From contig JAEEJJ010000130.1 of the NCBI GenBank assembly GCA_016281805.1, forward strand, positions 1 through 51,598: DNA of 51,598 nucleotides, in the 5' to 3' direction. The stretch is from Clostridiales bacterium. GTDB lineage: Bacteria > Bacillota > Clostridia > Oscillospirales > UBA644. Made by a program: the position numbers and the translations under genes. Below the pieces are notes generated by a model. The model did no database searches. It was not told the DNA's origin and saw only the letters and a program-made list of their open reading frames with translations. Below are positions 8,516-14,912 of the stretch, in pieces. Numbering within the stretch: position 1 is the first letter of the stretch; every line of letters starts with the position of its first letter.

Positions 8516-8755
8516 ATGGCACGGACGCGATATTATTTACATGAACGAGAATCGTACCCTGTTAGACTTGTAAAGCTGGAATTTGACGACGAAGGCTTTC
8601 CAGAAGGGTCAGGATGGAAAGACGGCAAATGGGAGCCTATCAGCAACCGCTTGGAGTTGAGTCTTCTTAACGACCTCACACCTTATCATGACATTACCGA
8701 AGAAGAAGCCAAGGCGTACCTGAAATCACAGGAAAAGGCTTCAAAGCAGGAATAA
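8516..8755 (+). CDS. hypothetical 79-aa acidic protein (candidate immunity/antitoxin)
   Basis: It has a strong RBS and its own promoter. I recognise no motif in it. It lies between the synthetase-like and hydrolase-like genes. Confidence 0.55.
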   Translation: MARTRYYLHERESYPVRLVKLEFDDEGFPEGSGWKDGKWEPISNRLELSLLNDLTPYHDITEEEAKAYLKSQEKASKQE

Positions 8756-8788
8756 AATACAGTTTAGAAATTTGTAACCGTTTAGCTA

Positions 8789-8816
8789 TTGATTGGTAAC
8801 CTTTATCGCGTATAAT
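8789..8816 (+). promoter_or_regulatory. promoter (TTGATT-16-TATAAT)
   Basis: Hexamers at 8789-8794 and 8811-8816. The context TATAATAAATACG is shared with the promoter at 11513. Confidence 0.55.
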
Positions 8817-8846
8817 AAATACGTAAGATGGGAGGGATGCTTTTTG

Positions 8847-9257
8847 ATGTTAAACAAAGCACTCCTGATGGCGTATGAAGCGCACAAAAATCAGGTTGAC
8901 AAAGGCGGAGAGCCGTATTATCTGCATTCGATATATGTTGCTCTGACAGTGCAGGGAGAAACCGAGAAAATCGTTGCTCTGTTGCATGACATTGTGGAAG
9001 ATACAGACGTTACGCTTGGAGACCTTCGGCGTGAAGGATTCTCAGAACAGGTGATTGAAGCTGTTGACGCAATAACTCACCGCGGTGAGGATTACGATGA
9101 ATATATAAAGAAGGTCAAGAGCAATCCGACCGCAACAAAGGTGAAAATCGCTGATATTCACCACAACATGGACATCACGCGGCTGAAAGAGGTTACAGAG
9201 AAAGATAAAGCACGTATTGAGAAATACAAAAGGGCTCTGAAATATTTACAGGAATAA
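8847..9257 (+). CDS. single-domain HD hydrolase of the RelA/SpoT hydrolase type (small alarmone hydrolase-like)
   Basis: GGAGG RBS, then the ATG at 8847. Contains AYEAHKNQVDKGGEPYYLH, ALLHDIVEDT, AITH and VKIADIHHNMD, the HD_4/SAH pattern. About 136 aa. Confidence 0.8.
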   Translation: MLNKALLMAYEAHKNQVDKGGEPYYLHSIYVALTVQGETEKIVALLHDIVEDTDVTLGDLRREGFSEQVIEAVDAITHRGEDYDEYIKKVKSNPTATKVKIADIHHNMDITRLKEVTEKDKARIEKYKRALKYLQE

Positions 9258-9258
9258 T

Positions 9259-9288
9259 CAGGCGGCTGAAAAGCCAGCCTGTTTTTTT
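9259..9288 (+). terminator. rho-independent terminator
   Basis: Stem CAGGCGGCT / AGCCAGCCTG with one bulge and a GAAA loop, followed by TTTTTTT. Confidence 0.7.
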
Positions 9289-9340
9289 ATATCAAGATAC
9301 ACCATAAAATATTCATTGCTCTTTATAGGAAAGGGCTACA

Positions 9341-9832
9341 ATGGATATTATATACAAACCGATATTTGAGCTTCATGCTTATGAAAACAATCCGAGAATA
9401 AATGATGACGCGGTAGAACCCGTTGCAAAAAGCATAAAAGAATTTGGGTTCAAAGTCCCGATTCTCATTGATAAGGACAACGTAATAATTGCGGGACATA
9501 CTCGCCTTAAAGCTGCACAAGCTCTTGGGATGAAGGAAGTCCCGTGCATACTTTGTGATGACCTTACGCCCGAACAGGTAAAAGCGTTTCGCCTTGCTGA
9601 TAACAAAGTAGCTGAGTTCGCTGACTGGGATATTCCCCTATTAGAGCTTGAGGTCAAAGAAGTTGAGCTTGTCATTAAAGAAGCAGGACTGGAAGATTTA
9701 GTCAACAATCTCCCTCCTATTGATATTGACGGTTATCTGGAACGCATGGATAATAAGCAGGATGAAGAACCTAAACCCAAACAGGCACGATGCCCGCACT
9801 GTGGCGAATGGGTAGACATTGACGAGATATAA
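9341..9832 (+). CDS. ParB/Srx N-terminal-domain protein with C-terminal CxxC tail (paralog 1)
   Basis: Contains NPRIND, SIKEFGFKVPILIDKDNVIIAGHTRLKAAQALGMKEVPC and LTPEQVKAFRLADN, the ParB-like nuclease domain seen at the N-terminus of phage methylases. It ends with CPHCGEWVDIDE. Confidence 0.8.
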   Translation: MDIIYKPIFELHAYENNPRINDDAVEPVAKSIKEFGFKVPILIDKDNVIIAGHTRLKAAQALGMKEVPCILCDDLTPEQVKAFRLADNKVAEFADWDIPLLELEVKEVELVIKEAGLEDLVNNLPPIDIDGYLERMDNKQDEEPKPKQARCPHCGEWVDIDEI

Positions 9833-9846
9833 CAGGAGGAAACACG

Positions 9847-10326
9847 ATGGAGATAGTATACAAGCCCACGGACTCTCTTGTTATGTATGACAAGAACCCA
9901 AGAATAAACGACAGAGCAATCGTTCCTGTTGCTAACAGCATAAAGGAGTTCGGATTCAAAGTCCCGATTCTGCTTGACAAGGATAATGTCATTATTGCAG
10001 GACACACAAGACTTAAAGCCGCAAAGAGTTTAGGTATGAAGGAAGTCCCCTGCATTATGTGTGAGGACTTAACTCCTGAGCAGGTAAAGGCGTTCAGGAT
10101 TATTGACAACAAGACGGCAGAGATTTCAAACTGGAACTTGGAAAAGCTGAACGAGGAGCTGGGCGATATTCATATTGACATGGAAGAGTTCGGCTTCTAT
10201 GATATTCCCGTAGTAGATGAGCTCGGCGAGTATCTGAAAGACCATGAAGAAAAACCTCCGAAAGAAAAAGAGCCGCTGAGAATACAATGCCCGTATTGCG
10301 GAGAGTGGTTTGATGTCGATGAATAA
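9847..10326 (+). CDS. ParB/Srx N-terminal-domain protein with C-terminal CxxC tail (paralog 2)
   Basis: Same architecture as the upstream gene (IIAGHTRLKAAKSLGMKEVPC; CPYCGEWFDVDE). The intergenic gap is 14 nt. Confidence 0.8.
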   Translation: MEIVYKPTDSLVMYDKNPRINDRAIVPVANSIKEFGFKVPILLDKDNVIIAGHTRLKAAKSLGMKEVPCIMCEDLTPEQVKAFRIIDNKTAEISNWNLEKLNEELGDIHIDMEEFGFYDIPVVDELGEYLKDHEEKPPKEKEPLRIQCPYCGEWFDVDE

Positions 10327-11101
10327 AGCGAAGTACACACAATCCGAAAGACGCAGAGCTATGATAGCGAGGGTCTATCACAAGGATGCGGATGAAGACG
10401 GATGGAAGACACTTCACGGCGAGCACGTGCATTTCAAGGATGGAGAGATAGACAAAGGAAACCCTCACCTTGTAAATGCTCTGAAAGGTAAAGCAGGAAA
10501 AGAAGCCAAAGGCGAAGAAAAGGGCTTGACCAAAAGCGGGAAAAGTGGTATAATAGAAAAAAGCAGACCTGCACCGAAGTTTACCGTCCCCTCCCCTAAA
10601 AGTTTTCAAAAGGCACTGAGCGCAGCAAAGGCAACCTGCCCGCCCGAAAAAGCGTGGCGCGTTGATTCGACATACAGTGCTGAGGATTATTCGGAATGCA
10701 AACTGTTCTCAACCGAAAAGGGCAGCACCGTTGCTATAAAGCCTGACGGTGATATTATCAGTGTATGCAAATGCGAGGGAGATGCTTTACGCGGACGCGA
10801 TTTAATTAAATACGCAGTAGAGAATGGCGGAACAAAGCTCGATAGTTTCAGCGGCAACCATAAGTTCTACGTACATAATGGGTTCGAGCCTGTAAGCTGG
10901 TGCGAGTTTGATGAAAAATACGCCCCTGATGGATGGGACAAGAATCGTGACGAATTGGAACCAGTAATTTTTTATAAATATACTGGAAAGACGAGTCAGT
11001 ATGGGACGTTAAATGATTTTCTGTCAAGTGTTCCTGCCAGCAAGGACTATGACACGGCAAAAGAAATAAGGAATAAAGAATTAGAAAAAAAGGAAAAGTG
11101 A
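10313..11101 (+). CDS. composite protein: N-terminal WKTLHGEHVHF module, Lys/Gly-rich linker, C-terminal GNAT-like domain
   Basis: GGAGAG RBS, then the ATG at 10313, overlapping the ParB-2 stop. The C-terminus (VAIKPDGDIISVCKCEGDALRGRDLIKYAVENGGTKLDSFSGNHKFYVHNGFEPVS) has the beta4-alpha3 and GF pattern of GNAT acetyltransferases. Confidence 0.45.
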   Translation: MSMNKAKYTQSERRRAMIARVYHKDADEDGWKTLHGEHVHFKDGEIDKGNPHLVNALKGKAGKEAKGEEKGLTKSGKSGIIEKSRPAPKFTVPSPKSFQKALSAAKATCPPEKAWRVDSTYSAEDYSECKLFSTEKGSTVAIKPDGDIISVCKCEGDALRGRDLIKYAVENGGTKLDSFSGNHKFYVHNGFEPVSWCEFDEKYAPDGWDKNRDELEPVIFYKYTGKTSQYGTLNDFLSSVPASKDYDTAKEIRNKELEKKEK

Positions 11102-11105
11102 TACA

Positions 11106-11345
11106 ATGAAAACTCCCACATATGAAGAGTTCGAGAAGGCTGTTACGTATTACTTCAAGGATGGATGGAAGACCTTGAGCGATGAGCAGGTAATGGAATA
11201 TATAAAAAGCGAAGAAGCGCAAGAAGCAATAAGAGAAAAATACGCTGACGATGTTTCTGCTTACGAGAGCGGAAAGATAACACGCAGACAGTTTATGGTC
11301 GGCGGGGCTTCTGCTGTTGGCAACTGTCTGGTATATATGTACTAA
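11106..11345 (+). CDS. hypothetical 79-aa protein
   Basis: It starts 4 nt after the preceding stop, is the last gene before a terminator, and has no recognisable motif. Confidence 0.5.
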   Translation: MKTPTYEEFEKAVTYYFKDGWKTLSDEQVMEYIKSEEAQEAIREKYADDVSAYESGKITRRQFMVGGASAVGNCLVYMY

Positions 11346-11414
11346 CCGTAAAGCAAAGGGCAAGACCAGCTAAATAATTAAATATCTCATCTGCCATGTG
11401 TAGAAGGAGTTTTC

Positions 11415-11451
11415 AAAGACGTTTTGTTTAGGCAAAGCGTCTTTTGTTTTT
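11415..11451 (+). terminator. rho-independent terminator
   Basis: Stem AAAGACG...CGTCTTT with extra inner pairs, followed by TGTTTTT. Confidence 0.7.
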
Positions 11452-11512
11452 ATGCAAAAAAGCAGTCCGCAACAACCTGCTTAAAAATAAACTAAAAATT
11501 CAAGAAGAGGGC

Positions 11513-11541
11513 TTGACCGAACGCGAAAAATCGGATATAAT
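11513..11541 (+). promoter_or_regulatory. promoter (TTGACC-17-TATAAT)
   Basis: Hexamers at 11513-11518 and 11536-11541, about 17 nt upstream of the ATG at 11558. Confidence 0.6.
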
Positions 11542-11557
11542 AAATACGAGCAGGAAG

Positions 11558-12127
11558 ATGAAGGTCTCTGCAACTGGCTCGAACAAATTCAAGGTCGGTT
11601 TTACAGAAAAAAATCTCGACCGCCACTGGGGAGGGTCGAGCGACCCCAGCGATGAGTACCCTGGCTGGACCAAAGAACAATATGCACAAAGAGCTTTGGA
11701 GCTTGTTCAGAGCGCAACAAGTGAAAATGTTTTAGGTTACAAAACATCCAGCGGTGCGATAGTAAGGTATGATAAAGCAACTAACGACTTTGTTAAGGGC
11801 TATCCCGAAACAGGTGTAGTGTCAATGTACAAGCCAGAAGACGGTGAGGAATACTTCTTGCGCAGGTTAAAAAAAGAGAGTGGCATCACAACCGACAGTA
11901 AGGAGGAAAATATGCCCGAAGGTAAGCACTTATGTCCCGTATGTGGTAAGTATGAGTTCCCAGAAGAGGACAGCCTCGATGTATGTGAGGTCTGTGGCTG
12001 GGAGGATGATGTGATTCAGGAAGACGACCCTGATTACAGAGGCGGTGCAAATAAGATGAGCCTCAACGAAGCAAAGGCAGCGTGGGAGAAATCAGGCGGA
12101 ACAATACCGAAGCCTTATGGCTTGTAA
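11558..12127 (+). CDS. toxin-like alpha/beta domain (BECR-RNase-like?) fused to a CPCC-family cysteine-rich zinc-ribbon domain
   Basis: The track start at 11444 lies inside the terminator, so I use the ATG at 11558, downstream of the promoter. The C-terminus (CPVCGKYEFPEEDSLDVCEVCGWEDDVIQEDDPDYRGGANKMSLNEAKAAW) is the Cys_rich_CPCC pattern. The N-terminal part (RHWGG...EYPGWTKEQY...VRYDKATNDFV...SMYKPEDGEEYF) resembles toxin tips of phage or polymorphic toxins. Confidence 0.6.
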   Translation: MKVSATGSNKFKVGFTEKNLDRHWGGSSDPSDEYPGWTKEQYAQRALELVQSATSENVLGYKTSSGAIVRYDKATNDFVKGYPETGVVSMYKPEDGEEYFLRRLKKESGITTDSKEENMPEGKHLCPVCGKYEFPEEDSLDVCEVCGWEDDVIQEDDPDYRGGANKMSLNEAKAAWEKSGGTIPKPYGL

Positions 12128-12280
12128 TTTGCCGAATTTGCGCAGGTTCATCCGAGCAGAGGAATTATACTACTCTGTATAGAACCCGTCCTGCTACATA
12201 GTTATTTTAAGCTATTATTGACGATAAAGGTGAGTGACGGAAACGCCACTTGCCTTTATTGCGTTATAAGGAGAAATCGA

Positions 12281-12492
12281 GTGCATAAAAGAAAGGCTAT
12301 TTCGTAAACCACCCTATCGTAACATCGGTCGGAATTTTTGAGTACAAGAACCCTGACGGAAGTACAAGAAGGGAGTGACGACTCCCCGAAGATGTCTTTG
12401 ATGCCGAGAGCCTCGCGTCATATAAAGGAAAGCCCATTATCATGACTCACGATGCTGGCTATGTTGATAAAAACAACAGTTCTTTGTGTTGA
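12281..12492 (+). pseudogene. DUF2213-like phage head scaffold/protease gene fragment (frameshift, in-frame TGA, 3' truncation)
   Basis: AAGGAG plus the GTG at 12281 gives MHKRK, followed by an apparent 1-nt frameshift in an A-run. The shifted frame reads KGYFVNHPIVTSVGIFEYKNPDGSTRRE*RLPEDVFDAESLASYKGKPIIMTHDAGYVDKNN, with the TGA at 12376-12378. Confidence 0.6.
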
Positions 12493-12583
12493 TGATATGG
12501 CGACAATCCACGTCGCATGGGACAACGGCTCTGGGCTTGGAGTGGCGTACGGGGAAGATTATTGCAGAAGAATCGAACAGTAA
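12488..12583 (+). pseudogene. C-terminal fragment of a DUF4314-like domain
   Basis: VDDMATIHVAWDNGSGLGVAYGEDYCRRIEQ* matches the DUF4314 core (IHV-WDNGS-L). It has no upstream domain or start signal and directly abuts the DUF2213-like fragment. Confidence 0.5.
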
Positions 12584-12595
12584 GCCGCAAAGGGA

Positions 12596-12624
12596 TTGAC
12601 AATTATCCGTGACTGTGATAATAT
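12596..12624 (+). promoter_or_regulatory. promoter reading into tgt (TTGACA, then TGTGATAAT/TAATAT)
   Basis: TTGACA at 12596-12601 and a -10 region at 12614-12624. Its GGG-TTGAC context resembles the other island promoters. Confidence 0.5.
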
Positions 12625-12726
12625 ATGTATACGATGCAAAAACGTTGTCTTTACGCGATTGAGAACCACATGATTCAGGGATAGAAAACTCATATCCCGT
12701 GAACATATGGGACGCAATGTTTATAG

Positions 12727-13884
<1,158 letters not shown>

Positions 13885-13908
13885 GTAAAATAATTATAGG
13901 AGCGGAAT

Positions 13909-14838
13909 ATGAAAAAAGTCATTAAAATAATTGTGTGGGCAGAATTGGCTGCGTTAATTTCTGTTTTGTTTTTCACGCCAGTTACTTTTGCTGAATCAAT
14001 GACTGAAGCGGTATCAAAAATAGTATCGGATTCAAAGAAATTCGAAGATGCAGAAAAAATCAAATACTGCTACGATGAATATAACTCTGTCCTTTCCGTA
14101 TTTTCGATAAAAAGCCTGGATATAGGGAACGAACCGATCGATTATATCGATGACTGTGTAAGAGTTAAGATTTCGGAGAACGGAGTAATGAATTACCTTC
14201 CAGAGTCTGCGCCGTCCGCTCTTTCTTTTGACGAAGCAAGAGCAATGATCCACACACGGTTATGGCTTTTTAAAACAGACCTTTTCGACAACACCGAAAT
14301 ACTTGATTTTACAAAAAATCCGATAAATGATTACGGAATCGAAAAATACCCTTTACTCGATACTTTCTCAACCCCCGCTAAATTTACAGAATATCTGAAA
14401 ACTCTTTTTACCGATAATATCGCTGAGCATTATCTTGAAGACACCACGATCACAGTATTCGGAAACGAGCTTTACGATATAGGCGGTAAGGTCGCGCAGT
14501 TCACTTTTGACTATGACAATTTCGCCACAGAAGAAGTTTTTACATCTGAGAACGGAGCATGGCATTTATATCGTGTTACTGTTAAATTTGACAACGCTAT
14601 GCACGACCTTGAGGGGGCGTATGATGATTACTACGTAGGCTTTTTTTACACGGAAAACGGCTGGAGAATAGCTCTGACCACATTTAAAAACGATTATGAG
14701 TTATTTTACTTTGAAACGTATGATAAAACAGCAACGGCGGAAAAAAATCCTTCTACTTCTGATCTCTCCGTACTTTTCCCTCTTATTCTGAGCATATCTT
14801 TTACGGGAGCCCTTATTTGTTTTAAACGCGGCAAATGA
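13909..14838 (+). CDS. secreted hypothetical protein with C-terminal NPSTSD sorting-type signal
   Basis: It has a signal or anchor sequence (IIVWAELAALISVLFFTPVTFAES). The tail is NPSTSDLSVLF plus a hydrophobic stretch plus KRGK. Confidence 0.7.
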   Translation: MKKVIKIIVWAELAALISVLFFTPVTFAESMTEAVSKIVSDSKKFEDAEKIKYCYDEYNSVLSVFSIKSLDIGNEPIDYIDDCVRVKISENGVMNYLPESAPSALSFDEARAMIHTRLWLFKTDLFDNTEILDFTKNPINDYGIEKYPLLDTFSTPAKFTEYLKTLFTDNIAEHYLEDTTITVFGNELYDIGGKVAQFTFDYDNFATEEVFTSENGAWHLYRVTVKFDNAMHDLEGAYDDYYVGFFYTENGWRIALTTFKNDYELFYFETYDKTATAEKNPSTSDLSVLFPLILSISFTGALICFKRGK

Positions 14839-14860
14839 AATTTGTAATAATCTGATAATT

Positions 14861-14897
14861 AAGGTCCTCTTATTCTGCTTATAAGAGGACCTTTTAT
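14861..14897. terminator. bidirectional terminator between convergent genes
   Basis: A 13-bp stem, AAGGTCCTCTTAT / ATAAGAGGACCTT. Confidence 0.8.
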
Positions 14898-14912
14898 TAT
14901 GTTGTTATTCGT

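Noticed and set aside
10526-10554. Consensus TTGACC-17-TATAAT inside the GNAT-like gene, considered as an independent internal promoter for a shorter protein.
   Set aside because: There is no ATG, GTG or TTG in frame and no RBS downstream of it within the GNAT-like region. I kept it only as part of the repeated-segment finding.
10100-10609. 169-aa minus-strand ORF across the ParB-2 / GNAT-like gene junction.
   Set aside because: It is antisense to two ORFs with clear domain motifs, its composition is low-complexity Phe/Ser/Arg-rich, and it has no RBS.
11444-11557. Track start at 11444 for the toxin-like/CPCC ORF.
   Set aside because: The first 38 codons span the terminator of the preceding operon and a consensus promoter. 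The first ATG downstream of the -10 element is at 11558.
12376-12378. In-frame TGA in the DUF2213-like fragment, considered as possible recoding or selenocysteine.
   Set aside because: TGA is used as an ordinary stop by neighbouring genes (for example dapB). No SECIS-like hairpin is evident. The same fragment is also frameshifted and truncated, so it is a pseudogene.
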